A stretch of 64,000 bases of DNA from positions 480,001 to 544,000 of the forward strand of contig CAVVLJ010000017.1 in the NCBI GenBank assembly GCA_963749075.1. Direction: 5' to 3'. The DNA is from an uncultured Pseudomonadota bacterium. GTDB lineage: Bacteria > Pseudomonadota > Alphaproteobacteria > JACZXZ01. Of the stretch, positions 32,574-42,001 are shown piece after piece (positions within the stretch are counted from its first letter, which is position 1; each line of letters begins with the position of its first letter). A program made the translations under genes and the position numbers. The notes under the pieces were generated by a model that saw nothing but the letters and a program-made list of their open reading frames with translations, was not told the origin of the DNA and searched no databases.

Positions 32574-32876
32574 ATGCCGATGAAGAATCCACCGCATCCT
32601 GGCCGGATTGTCCGGGAGGAGTGCCTCGAGCCCTTTGGCTTGAGCGTGAGCGACGCCGCGAAGGCGCTGGGCGTCTCGCGCAACGCCATATCCGAGCTCG
32701 TGAACGAGCGGCGCGGCATTTCGCCGGAAATGGCGATCCGGCTTTCCAAGGCGTTCGGCAGCTCGCCCGAGGTCTGGGCCGGCCTGCAATTCGATTACGA
32801 GATGGCGCGTGCCATGAAGCAGGCCGACCGCATCAAGGTGCGGCGCGTGTCGGCGCCCCCAGCGGGCTCCGGATGA
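32574..32876 (+). CDS. higA: HigA-family antitoxin
   Basis: MKNPPHPG, AAKALGVSR..ISELVN, ISPEMAIRL.KAFG, W..LQ..Y; preceded by AAGGA RBS. Confidence 0.92.
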   Translation: MPMKNPPHPGRIVREECLEPFGLSVSDAAKALGVSRNAISELVNERRGISPEMAIRLSKAFGSSPEVWAGLQFDYEMARAMKQADRIKVRRVSAPPAGSG

Positions 32877-32923
32877 AGCTTGGGAAAGAGCCGGCGTCCG
32901 AAGACTGAAATGATCCCAGGGCG

Positions 32924-33745
32924 CTACCCCACCCGCCCGTACCGCCGCTCCTTGAGGCGCTCGGTGCTCATCGTGCCCGGCTTGGTGTCGTAGCCCAGGA
33001 GGGCGATGAGGCGCGGCCGCTCACTCATAATCTCGCTCACCCGGTGGATGGAGTAGCGGCCCTCGAAAAGCGCCAGCGTGCCCGGCGCCATGTCGACCTC
33101 GATGACGCCCGCGCGGTCGCCGTCGAGAAGGCGCCAGACCTTGTCGTAATTGGGTTCCGCTGGCGTGCGGATGTAGGGCACGTATTCGAAGACGCCGCCC
33201 TTAGCACAGCGCTGCAGGAGGAGCGAGACCACGAAGTCGGTCTGGTCGAAGTGCCAGAGGAGGTGCTCGCCCGCCGTCATGACCGCGACGTTGAGGGCAC
33301 CCAGGGGGTCGGCGTAGCGGTAGAGCCTTTCCTTGCCGAGGGCGCGGGCGAGGAAGGCGAGCATGCCGTCGCATTCGTAGAGCTCGCGGATGCGCGAGCG
33401 CGGCGGAATGAGATCGTAGGCGACGGCACCCACCGAGGTGGTTTGCAGCCGGCGCTTCGGATGGCCCTCGGGAAAGCTCTCGTCGGGCGCCTCGAGATAG
33501 CTGGTGCTGCGGCTCGCGGGCGTGCGGTGGGCGAGCGGGGCGAGGGCCGCCGCCTCCTCCGCCAATGCGGCCGTGGCCGCGGGCAAAAGAAAGCCCGGCA
33601 GCAGGCAGGCGCCCGTCGCGCTCATCTGGCGGCGGCACTCGGCGACGAGTGCTGCGACCGCCGCCGAATCGAGGTCCCTGATCGGATAGCGCTCGAGGTC
33701 GACGAGCGCTGCCGCCTCCTCAGGCCGGCTGGATGGCGATCTCAT
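32924..33745 (-). CDS. 2OG-Fe(II) oxygenase, HalD/BesD-like fold with HxD triad
   Basis: WHFD...VSLLLQ..GGVFEY...GRYSIHRV...R jelly-roll motifs. Confidence 0.7.
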   Translation of the reverse strand: MRSPSSRPEEAAALVDLERYPIRDLDSAAVAALVAECRRQMSATGACLLPGFLLPAATAALAEEAAALAPLAHRTPASRSTSYLEAPDESFPEGHPKRRLQTTSVGAVAYDLIPPRSRIRELYECDGMLAFLARALGKERLYRYADPLGALNVAVMTAGEHLLWHFDQTDFVVSLLLQRCAKGGVFEYVPYIRTPAEPNYDKVWRLLDGDRAGVIEVDMAPGTLALFEGRYSIHRVSEIMSERPRLIALLGYDTKPGTMSTERLKERRYGRVG

Positions 33746-35403
33746 TGCCGAAGATATAGCCCGTCGGGTGCATCTTGAAGCCCTTGACGCGCTTGTCCAT
33801 GAAGGTGAAGAGCGAGCGCCACACCGGCTGCACGATCGGACCGTCGTCCTGGAGGATCTCCTCGAGCTTGGCCATCACCGCGCGCCGCTTGTCGACGTCG
33901 AGGATGCCGTCGGCCTCGGTGAGGAGCTTGTCGAACTCCGGGTTGGAATAATGCGACTCGTTCCACGGCACGCCCGTGCGATAGGCAAGATCGAGCACCA
34001 TGACGCCGAGCGGGCGGTGGGCCCAGGTGGTGAAGCCGAAGGGCACCTTGGTCCACACGTCCCAGTATTGCGTCGACGGCATGACGTTGATCTTGACGCG
34101 GATGCCGGCCTCCTTCCATTGCTCGACCATGGTTTGCACCGCGACGAGCTCCCAGTCGGGCTGCGGCCGGGCGGCGATCTCGACGTCGATGCCGTCCGGG
34201 TAGCCGGCCTCGGCGAGGAGCTTCTTGGACTTCGCCACGTCGCGCACGAAGGGTGCGAGCTTGGCATATTCCGGATGCGCCGGCGCCACGTGATGATGCT
34301 CGCCGGGAAGACCTAAGCCGCGGTAGGAGATCTCCAGAACGGCCTTGGCGTCGGTGGCGAAGCGCAGGGCCTGGCGCACGCGCTTGTCGTCGAAGGGCTT
34401 GGTCGGCTGCACGCGGGCTACGGCGGTATAGGCGGTCGCCACGTCGTACTTGTCGACGTGGGCGAGCTGCTTCATGGCGTCGAGCTGCGCGATCTCGCCG
34501 AGATAGAGCCCGTCGACCTGCTTGGAGGCGAGCGCGCTGAGTGCTGCCGCCGAACTCGTCGCCGAGGTCGATGTACTGCCACTCGTCGACGTAGGGCCCG
34601 GTGCCCCAATAGGGCTTCGGCTTGTAGACCTGGCGGCGGCCGACCTGGTCCTCGACCATGGTGAAGGGGCCGGTGCCGTTGGCGCCCACCTTGTGCACGC
34701 CGCCGCTCGCCGGGTCCATCATGAAGAGGGGATAGTGGAAGAGGTTCTCGGGGATGGCGAGCTGCGCCGTCTTGCCGTTGAGCCGCACGGTGAAATCGTC
34801 GAGCTTCTCGAGCGCGTTGGCGTCCCACAGGCGCGTCGATTTCTTCGGATTGCCCTTGGCGTCCTTCTCGCCCGTGTCGAACTCCTCGAGGATGAAGCCC
34901 TTGAAGAGGCCGAGCACCGAGGAGCCGGTCTTGGGGTCGAGCACCTGCTTCAGGTTCCACATCACGTCGTCGGCGGTGAACTGGCGGCCGTCGTGCCACT
35001 TCACGTCCTTGCGCAGATGGAGCGTCCAAGTCTTGAGGTCGTCGCTCGCGTCCCATTTCGCGCAGAGCGAGGGCCGCGTCACGTTGTCGACGCCGGTCAC
35101 CGTGAGGTAGTCGTAGACGAGGCGCGCCGCGTTCGCGGACTCGACCCAGCTATAGGTGTGCGGGCTCTTGAGGTCCTGGCAGCGCATGCCGATGCGGATC
35201 GTGCCACCCTTCGGCATATTCGTTTGCCCGAAGGCCGGTGCTGCAAAATCGCCGCCCGCCACCTTGCCGGCAAAGGCGTAAGCCGCGGTCGCCGACATGC
35301 CGAGCAGCGTCGCGGTCCGCAAGAACTCGCGCCGGTCGATCCGGTACTCGGCCAATTGCCGCTTGAGCGTGGGAATATAGCTGTGCTCGCGATCGTCACC
35401 CAT
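33720..35403 (-). pseudogene. Family-5 ABC substrate-binding protein (Tat signal) with a one-base frameshift near 34553 (real or read error)
   Basis: DRREFLR, LRKDVKWHDG..FTADDV, GTGPF. GACGAGTTCGGCG has an extra T; removing it joins to ALSALASKQVDG...PFDDKRVRQAL. Confidence 0.8.
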
Positions 35404-35579
35404 AGCATCCTCCCTTGACTGGCGGCCGTCCGTGCGCATGCGCGCTTGACGCTCTGTTATCGGCGGCCGAATGCGCCTCGTTCCCTGTTGTCGAGCCATC
35501 CTCCGGGAAGCGCCAAGGCTTGTCAAGGAAGGCGGACGCGCGCCCGCAGGCGCTGCCGCGGCGTGCCGCGCCGGGAGGA

Positions 35580-36830
35580 TTATGAGGCGAGCGCCTCCTC
35601 GAAGGGGAAGCTCGAGAGCAGGCGCGGCGCTCCCTCGGTGATCAGCACCTGCTGCTCGAGCTTGACGCCCTCGCGGCCGCCCTCCTCGCCCATGTAGCTC
35701 TCGACGCAGATGGTCATGCCCGGCTGAAGCTCGCCGTCGTAGGCGCTCTTCTCGCGGTCCTGGAGATGGGTGATCTTGGGCCACTCGTCGCAGAGGCCGA
35801 CGCCGTGCGCCACGCAGGAGTAGCGGTTCTTCGTGAAGGCATTGGGGATGCGCCAGGCGAGCTCCGAGCCCTCGCGGAAGCTCAAGCCCGGCCGCATCAG
35901 CTTCTCGATGTTGTAATGGATCTGCTCGAGCGCCAGGCCGTAGAGCCGGCGCTGCTCGGCGCTCGGCCTGCCGGGGCCGCAGAAGAAGCTGCGCGAGATG
36001 TCGGCGCAGTAGCCGAAGGGGCCGATGAGGTCGGTGTCGAAGCTCACCAGGTCGCCCGCGCGGATGAGGCGGTCGCCGCACTCCTGGAACCAGGGATTGG
36101 TGCGCTCGCCCGAGGAGAGGATGCGCGTCTCGATCCATTCGCCGCCGAGCCGGATGTTGGTCTCATGCAGGATGGCCCACAGCTCGTTCTCGCTCATGCC
36201 CGGCCGCAATGCCTCGCGCATGCGCGCCATGCCGGCCTCGCACACGGCGATCGCCTGCACCATGCAGGCGATCTCGTCTTGGGACTTGATCGAGCGCGCG
36301 ATCTCGCACGGCTCCTGTCCGTCGTGGATCTGGATGCCGCGCGCAAGGAGGGCGGCCGTGCCCGGCGGGTCGAGGCGATCGACGGCCAAGCGCCGGCTCG
36401 CGCCGCAGTGCTCGGCCACGAGGGCCGCGATCTCGCCGGCCCACGCCTTGGCCTTCTCCTCGACCCGGCTGCCGGCACCGAAGAAATAGAAGCCGCGCGC
36501 GGGCCGCACCTCGGCGATGGTCTCGAGGCCGGCGGAAAGATGCTCGCAGTTGTGGAAGTCGAAAAGAACCGCCTTCCCCTGCGCCGGCAGGAAGCAATAG
36601 CGCGCCGGCGTGTGGGAGGTCCACACCGACATGTTGCGGCTGCCGGTCGCATACCGGATGTTCATCGGATCGAGGAGCAGTGCCGCAGCGTAATCGCGCC
36701 GTCTCAGCTCCGCCTGGAGGCGGCCCATGCGGTAGGCGCGCAAGGCCCGCATGTCGATCTGGCGCTCATTGTCCTTGACCCCGGCGCCCGCCCAGGCGGG
36801 TGCCGTCCGCGCCTCGCGCATGTCGTCCAT
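35580..36830 (-). CDS. M24 metallopeptidase-fold protein, DddP-like
   Basis: NIRYATGSRNM, GGEWIETR...TNPWFQEC, DTDLIG..GYCADISR, HGVGLCDEWP, GVKLEQQ. Confidence 0.8.
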   Translation of the reverse strand: MDDMREARTAPAWAGAGVKDNERQIDMRALRAYRMGRLQAELRRRDYAAALLLDPMNIRYATGSRNMSVWTSHTPARYCFLPAQGKAVLFDFHNCEHLSAGLETIAEVRPARGFYFFGAGSRVEEKAKAWAGEIAALVAEHCGASRRLAVDRLDPPGTAALLARGIQIHDGQEPCEIARSIKSQDEIACMVQAIAVCEAGMARMREALRPGMSENELWAILHETNIRLGGEWIETRILSSGERTNPWFQECGDRLIRAGDLVSFDTDLIGPFGYCADISRSFFCGPGRPSAEQRRLYGLALEQIHYNIEKLMRPGLSFREGSELAWRIPNAFTKNRYSCVAHGVGLCDEWPKITHLQDREKSAYDGELQPGMTICVESYMGEEGGREGVKLEQQVLITEGAPRLLSSFPFEEALAS

Positions 36831-36853
36831 GGCCGCCTCCCCTGCCTCGCGCT

Positions 36854-37939
36854 CTAGCCGCGCAGCACCTTGGCGTAGCTCAGGTTGCGCGCGTGCAGGC
36901 CCTTCGCCTTGCCGAAGATGTAGTGCTTCGACATGTCGGCCGAGTAGCGGCTTGCCGGCGGCTGGCGGCCGAGCGCCTCGGCAAGGGCGCGGATATGGTG
37001 CGGGCCGGCGCCGCAGCAGACGCCGAGATAGCGCACCCCGAGGCCGTAGGCGGCCTTGCCGAACTCGGCGATCTCGTAGCGGTTGCAGGTGAAGGGATCG
37101 AGCGCCACGGGGAAGGGATGGTCGTTGGGGATGCAGTGGCAGGCCGGATCCTGCAACGTCTGGAAGGTCGGCTGCCGGGGCGTCGTGCGGTAGGGCACGG
37201 GAAGTGCTGCCACGTGGCACTTCACCGCCTTGCGGATGCGCCGCAAGAGCGGCAGCATGGTGCGCGGGCCGCGGCTGCAATTGAGCCCGACCACCTCCGC
37301 GCCGCCCTCTTCGAGCCGCTTGCAGGCATCGACCGGGTCCCAGCCCTCGCGCGTGACGCCCTTGTTGTGGATGGCGAGCGTCACCACCGCGGGGAGCTTG
37401 GCGGCCTTGATCGCCGCGAGCCCGATGAGCGCCTCGGCACCGTCGGAGTAGGTCTCGGCGACGACGAAATCGACGCCGGCGTCGGCCGCCCAGCCGATCT
37501 GCTCGTCGAACATCTTGCGCGAGGCCTTGTGGGTCGCGGGGTCGTCGGGCAGGTAGGTGGTCGTGTTGCAGATATTGCCGGCGAGCAGCGTGCCCGTCGA
37601 GCGCGCCACCTTCTTCGCGATCTTGAGCGCCAGGCGGTTCATCGGCGCGAGCTCCTTCTCGCGGCCGATGAGGCGCAGCTTGGCGCGGTGGCCGTAGTAG
37701 GTGAAGGCCTCGACCACATCGGAGCCCGCGTGAACGAACTCGCGGTGCAGCTCCTCGACGAGCTCCGGGTGCTCCAGCACCACCTCCGGCACGAAGGCGC
37801 CGGCCTGCAGATAGCCGCGCCGCTCGAACTCGAAGAGATAGCCCTCGGCGCAGATCACCGGCCCCTTCTCGAGCCGCGCCATGAGGCCCTCGCTCTTCGC
37901 GGCCTTCCCGCCCGTCTTCGTCTTTGCCCCGCCTCTCAT
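36854..37939 (-). CDS. Homocysteine S-methyltransferase family (betaine-homocysteine methyltransferase-like)
   Basis: EGYLFEFERRGYLQAGAFVPEV, GLNC.RGP, YLGVCCGAGPHHIR (Zn-binding Cys residues). Confidence 0.88.
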   Translation of the reverse strand: MRGGAKTKTGGKAAKSEGLMARLEKGPVICAEGYLFEFERRGYLQAGAFVPEVVLEHPELVEELHREFVHAGSDVVEAFTYYGHRAKLRLIGREKELAPMNRLALKIAKKVARSTGTLLAGNICNTTTYLPDDPATHKASRKMFDEQIGWAADAGVDFVVAETYSDGAEALIGLAAIKAAKLPAVVTLAIHNKGVTREGWDPVDACKRLEEGGAEVVGLNCSRGPRTMLPLLRRIRKAVKCHVAALPVPYRTTPRQPTFQTLQDPACHCIPNDHPFPVALDPFTCNRYEIAEFGKAAYGLGVRYLGVCCGAGPHHIRALAEALGRQPPASRYSADMSKHYIFGKAKGLHARNLSYAKVLRG

Positions 37940-38042
37940 TGCAGCTCCTCCCATTGCTCGTTGCCGCTCGCCGCCGTAGCAAATACCAAGAATGCCGCGG
38001 CGGCAACCGGCTAGCGTCCCGGATCGCCGAACCCGCTGCACA

Positions 38043-39347
38043 TCAGAAAAAGGTGCGGATGGCCGATTTCACCTCGTAGCGCTCGTCGACCAGCCAGAGG
38101 AGCTGCCACTTGTCGAAGGTGGTGCAGGGGTGCGAGATGCCGCAGCCGACCAGATCGCCCACCCTGAGATCGGCGCCGGCGCCCAGCTCGAGATAGGCGT
38201 GCTGGTCGTTGAGTTTGGCGACCGTCCAGTCCGGCGACGCTGCGGCCGGCTCCGCGTGGAGGCCGGGCCGGAACCAAACGAGCGGCCGCGGCAGCTCGAT
38301 GTCGAAGGACACGTCGCGGCGTCCCATGGTGAGGATGGCGAGACCAGGCTCGGGCCGGGACTGCACCACGCTCCAGACCTCGAGCGCCGGCTTGAGCCCG
38401 GGGCGCGCGCGCCACTTCTCCCCGCTGCGCTCGCGGATCGGCGCCAACATGCGCTCGTAGAAGCCGGAATCGTGGGTGAAGTAGCAGCCGCTGCGCAAGA
38501 TGGTGAGCACCGGTCGCGAAAGGTGCAACGGCAGCTCGCGCGCCACGATGTCGAAGGCGGCCGAGCCGCCGGCGCTCAAGATGATGCGCTCCGTGGCGAA
38601 GAGCCCTTCTATGTCGCAGGCTACGGCGACCGCCTTGACCGTCTCGAGGAGCGCTCCCACGCGGGCCACGTCCTCCGCGGAGCGCCCGCTCACCGAGAGC
38701 CCCTCGAAGCACTCGATGCCGGCGAGCCGCAGGTGGTGCTGGGCGGCGATGCGCCGCGCGAGGGCCACCGCCTCGTCGGCGCTGCGGCAGCCGGTGCGCC
38801 CGCCCACGACGCCGATCTCGAGGAGGGCGGAGAAGGGGCGCTTCAAGCCGTGCTCTTCCGCGAGCGATACGAGGATGTCGAGCTGGGCGCCCGAGTCGAG
38901 CAGGAAGGCGAGCTCGAGATCGGGATGGCCGTTCAGGAGCTCGATCACGGAGACGATGTCGCGGCGGCCGACGAGCTGGTTCGCCATGATGAGGCGCCGC
39001 ACGCCGAAGCGGATGGCGATGCCGAGCTGGTTGACGGTAGCGACGGTAATCCCCCAGGCGCCGCCCTCGAGCTGGCGTTGGAAGAGCTGCGGCGCCATCG
39101 TGGTCTTGCCGTGGGGTGCCAGCAGCACGCCGCACTCGGCCGTGAAGTCGCGCATCCAGGCCTGGTTGTGCGCGAGCGCCTGCTCCTTGAGGAGGGCCAG
39201 CGGGAACGGCAGGTCCTGGCGCAGCACGTTCCATTTGCGCCCGCCGAGCTCGGCGAGCCTGAGCGGCGCCGCACCGGTCGGGAAGCCCTTGAGGCGGCCG
39301 TCGATGACCTCGTCCTCGATGGCCGAAAGATCCAGGATCGCCGGCAC
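38043..39347 (-). CDS. PLP-dependent amino-acid deaminase/aldolase (alanine-racemase fold, DSD1-like)
   Basis: APHGKTTMAPQL, GITVAT, RSGCYFTHD, LNDQH, ISHPCTTFDKW. Confidence 0.85.
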   Translation of the reverse strand: MPAILDLSAIEDEVIDGRLKGFPTGAAPLRLAELGGRKWNVLRQDLPFPLALLKEQALAHNQAWMRDFTAECGVLLAPHGKTTMAPQLFQRQLEGGAWGITVATVNQLGIAIRFGVRRLIMANQLVGRRDIVSVIELLNGHPDLELAFLLDSGAQLDILVSLAEEHGLKRPFSALLEIGVVGGRTGCRSADEAVALARRIAAQHHLRLAGIECFEGLSVSGRSAEDVARVGALLETVKAVAVACDIEGLFATERIILSAGGSAAFDIVARELPLHLSRPVLTILRSGCYFTHDSGFYERMLAPIRERSGEKWRARPGLKPALEVWSVVQSRPEPGLAILTMGRRDVSFDIELPRPLVWFRPGLHAEPAAASPDWTVAKLNDQHAYLELGAGADLRVGDLVGCGISHPCTTFDKWQLLWLVDERYEVKSAIRTFF

Positions 39348-39354
39348 CGCCCGG

Positions 39355-39813
39355 TCACCGCGCCGTCACGTGATTGCGCAGCTCGATGGGCGAGTCGATG
39401 TTGGCGAGCGGCTCGATGCCGCTACCGGTGCCGCGCACGGTAATGGTTCCGTAATCGAGGACGCGTCCGAGTATCGATTGGTCCACGTCGACGCTCTCCA
39501 CCTTGTCCATGTTCATCTCGATCGTGTGGCGGCGGATGAGGCCGCGCTTGTAGATGATGCGGCGGTCGGTCACGGCGATCTCCGTCGTCCAGCGGCGCAG
39601 CCAGGCCGAGAACAAGGCGGCGATGCCCCAGGCGAGAACCGCGGCGATGAAGACCAGGACGATCGGTCGCCCGCCGTTCGGTCCGCCGTAGAGCGGCAGC
39701 GCTGCAATGGCCAGCAGAATCAGCAGCAAGCCCGGCAGGAGCACAACCCAATGCAGCCTGCTCAGGTGCACGACACGCTCGCCCGGCTGCAAGATCCGCT
39801 CGACGTATCCCAT
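39355..39813 (-). CDS. Membrane protein with bacterial PH domain
   Basis: MGYV..IL.PGE, two TM segments, TEIAVTDRRII.KRG, QSILGR.LDYGTI. Confidence 0.8.
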   Translation of the reverse strand: MGYVERILQPGERVVHLSRLHWVVLLPGLLLILLAIAALPLYGGPNGGRPIVLVFIAAVLAWGIAALFSAWLRRWTTEIAVTDRRIIYKRGLIRRHTIEMNMDKVESVDVDQSILGRVLDYGTITVRGTGSGIEPLANIDSPIELRNHVTAR

Positions 39814-40095
39814 CGGCGCGCTCCAGGGGTCCGGATCGGCCCGCGCCGGACCGCCGGCGCGCAGGTCCCGGAGCCTATGCCAAGGTGCCGGCGCTCGCCA
39901 AGGGGCATCGCGGGCGCGCTCGCGCGGCTCGCGGGATACCCGAACGACTCGGGGTGCGTCAAAATGACTCAGAGAGCAAAAAAGTGGCGGGTCGGGATTT
40001 ACCCGGTGAGTTGTTCGTGTTAGAATCGCTCTCGACTCGAGTAGCCCGGGGGGCGGGCCACTCCAAGGGGCCAGGGGCAAGGGGGCGGATCAAGC

Positions 40096-40974
40096 ATGCG
40101 GCCACTCATCCTGCTCGCAGCGGGGGCTGTGCTGAGCGCACTGCTCTTCGGCACCGGCAGCACTCGGGCCGAGGATGCCGGGGCACAGGGCGGCTGGGTC
40201 AAGGCCAAGGGCGGCTGCAGGATTTGGAGCCTCGCGGCGCGGCCGAGCCAGAGCGCGAGCTGGAACGGGCCCTGCAAGGCCGGCGTGGCCAACGGCAAGG
40301 GCGAGGTCCAATGGTACGAGAACGGCCGCCCCACGGAGGGCTATGAGGCCGAGTACCGCAGCGGCCACGAGTATATCCGCGGCGTCTATCGCTATGCCAA
40401 CGGCGAGCGCTACGAGGGCGAATACGTCGATCTCCTGGAGAACGGCCACGGCGTCTACACCTACAGGAACCGCGACCGCTATGACGGCGAGTTCAAGGAG
40501 AACCGCGAGAGCGGCCGCGGGGTCTACGTCTTTGCCAGCGGCAACCGCTACGAGGGCGAATTCAAGGACGGCATCTTCAACGGCCACGGCATCCTCGTGC
40601 TGAACAGCGGCGACCGCTACGAGGGCGAGTTCAAGAACGGCATCTTCGATCGCGGCGTCCTCGTGCTGAGCAGCGGCGACCGCTACGAGGGTGCCTTCCG
40701 CAACGGCCGGCAGAACGGCCACGGCATCTATGTCTGGGCCAACGGCTTCCGCTACGAGGGGGAGTGGGCGGACGGGCACGAGAACGGCCGCGGCGTGCTT
40801 GTGCTCGCGAGCGGCGAGCGCTACGAGGGCGAGTTCCGCAACGACCGACCGAACGGCCGCGGCACCTACCGCGACGCCAAGGGCGAGAGCTACTCCGGCA
40901 CCTGGAGAAACGGCTGCTTCCGCGACGGCGACCGGCGCGCCGCGGTCGGGGCATCGCTCGCCCAGTGTCCGTAA
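40096..40974 (+). CDS. Secreted MORN-repeat protein 1 (about 8 repeats)
   Basis: Signal peptide; 23-aa YEGEFK.G..NG.G units; Cys-pair caps. Confidence 0.88.
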   Translation: MRPLILLAAGAVLSALLFGTGSTRAEDAGAQGGWVKAKGGCRIWSLAARPSQSASWNGPCKAGVANGKGEVQWYENGRPTEGYEAEYRSGHEYIRGVYRYANGERYEGEYVDLLENGHGVYTYRNRDRYDGEFKENRESGRGVYVFASGNRYEGEFKDGIFNGHGILVLNSGDRYEGEFKNGIFDRGVLVLSSGDRYEGAFRNGRQNGHGIYVWANGFRYEGEWADGHENGRGVLVLASGERYEGEFRNDRPNGRGTYRDAKGESYSGTWRNGCFRDGDRRAAVGASLAQCP

Positions 40975-41037
40975 GCGGGGACTGGCACCGTTCGACGCTG
41001 GGTCCGCGCGAAACTTCCCGCTGAAGGGAGGCGGCGC

Positions 41038-41913
41038 ATGCGGCTCTGCGCAGCGGGCGCCCTCATTGCCGCGCTCGGGACGAACGCCGGCGCCGCGCTG
41101 AGCCAGGACGCGGGCGGCACCACCTGGATCACCGACAGCAAGGGCTGCCAGGTCGCGGCGCCGGGTGGCAAGCCCACGCCCGGCCTGAGCTTCATCTGGA
41201 GCGGCCCCTGCGGGAGCGGGGCCGCCAGCGGGGACGGCGTCCTCCAGTGGTATCTCAACGGACGCCCCGTCGACCGCTACGAGGGGAGCTATGTCGACGG
41301 CCGCAAGAGCGGACACGGCGTCTATCTCTCGGCCAGCGGCGAGCGCTATGAGGGCGAGTTCAAGGACGACAAGCGCAACGGCCACGGGGTGCTCACCTCG
41401 AGCGGCGGCGACCGCTACGACGGCGAGTTCAAGGACGGCCACGCCGAAGGCCATGCCGTCGTCAGCTTCGCCAACGGCAACCGCTACGAGGGCGAGTACC
41501 GCAACGACCGGCCCGACGGCGCCGGCGTCTATGTGAGCGCCAGCGGCAGCCGCTACCAAGGGGCCTTCAAGGGCGGCAAGCGCGACGGTCTCGGGAGCTA
41601 TACCCTCGCCAATGGCGACCATTACGAGGGCACATTCAAGGACGGCCGCCAGACGGGCCGCGGCGTCTACCGCTTCGCCAACGGCGACCGCTACGAGGGC
41701 GACTTCCGCGACGGCCGCCAGAGCGGCCACGGGGTCTATCAATGGGCGAACGGCGACCGCTACGAGGGCGCATGGCTCGACGACCGCGCGCAGGGCAAGG
41801 GCACGTTGCGCAACCATGAAGGCGAGGTCTATACCGGCACGTGGCTCGGCGGCTGCTTCCAGGACGAGGCCCGCCGCGCCGCCGTCGGCATTCTTCTCGC
41901 GGAGTGTCCGTGA
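41038..41913 (+). CDS. Secreted MORN-repeat protein 2 (about 8 repeats)
   Basis: Same architecture as protein 1; GGAGG RBS. Confidence 0.88.
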   Translation: MRLCAAGALIAALGTNAGAALSQDAGGTTWITDSKGCQVAAPGGKPTPGLSFIWSGPCGSGAASGDGVLQWYLNGRPVDRYEGSYVDGRKSGHGVYLSASGERYEGEFKDDKRNGHGVLTSSGGDRYDGEFKDGHAEGHAVVSFANGNRYEGEYRNDRPDGAGVYVSASGSRYQGAFKGGKRDGLGSYTLANGDHYEGTFKDGRQTGRGVYRFANGDRYEGDFRDGRQSGHGVYQWANGDRYEGAWLDDRAQGKGTLRNHEGEVYTGTWLGGCFQDEARRAAVGILLAECP

Positions 41914-42001
41914 GCGCGTGCGGAGGCCGCGTGGCGCCAGCTGGCCCGGAACCCAAGTTCCGACCCGTCGTCATGACTTGGTGTCGGCAAGGAGTTTACC
42001 C

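Noticed and set aside
32367-33005. 82-bp repeat pair as a DGR template/variable repeat
   Set aside because: Most mismatches are C/G or synonymous changes rather than adenine-specific, and there is no DGR-type RT or Avd gene nearby.
35580-38006. 808-aa ORF as a methyltransferase-peptidase fusion
   Set aside because: The upstream part is an off-frame reading of the BHMT-like gene, which has its own stop at 36854.
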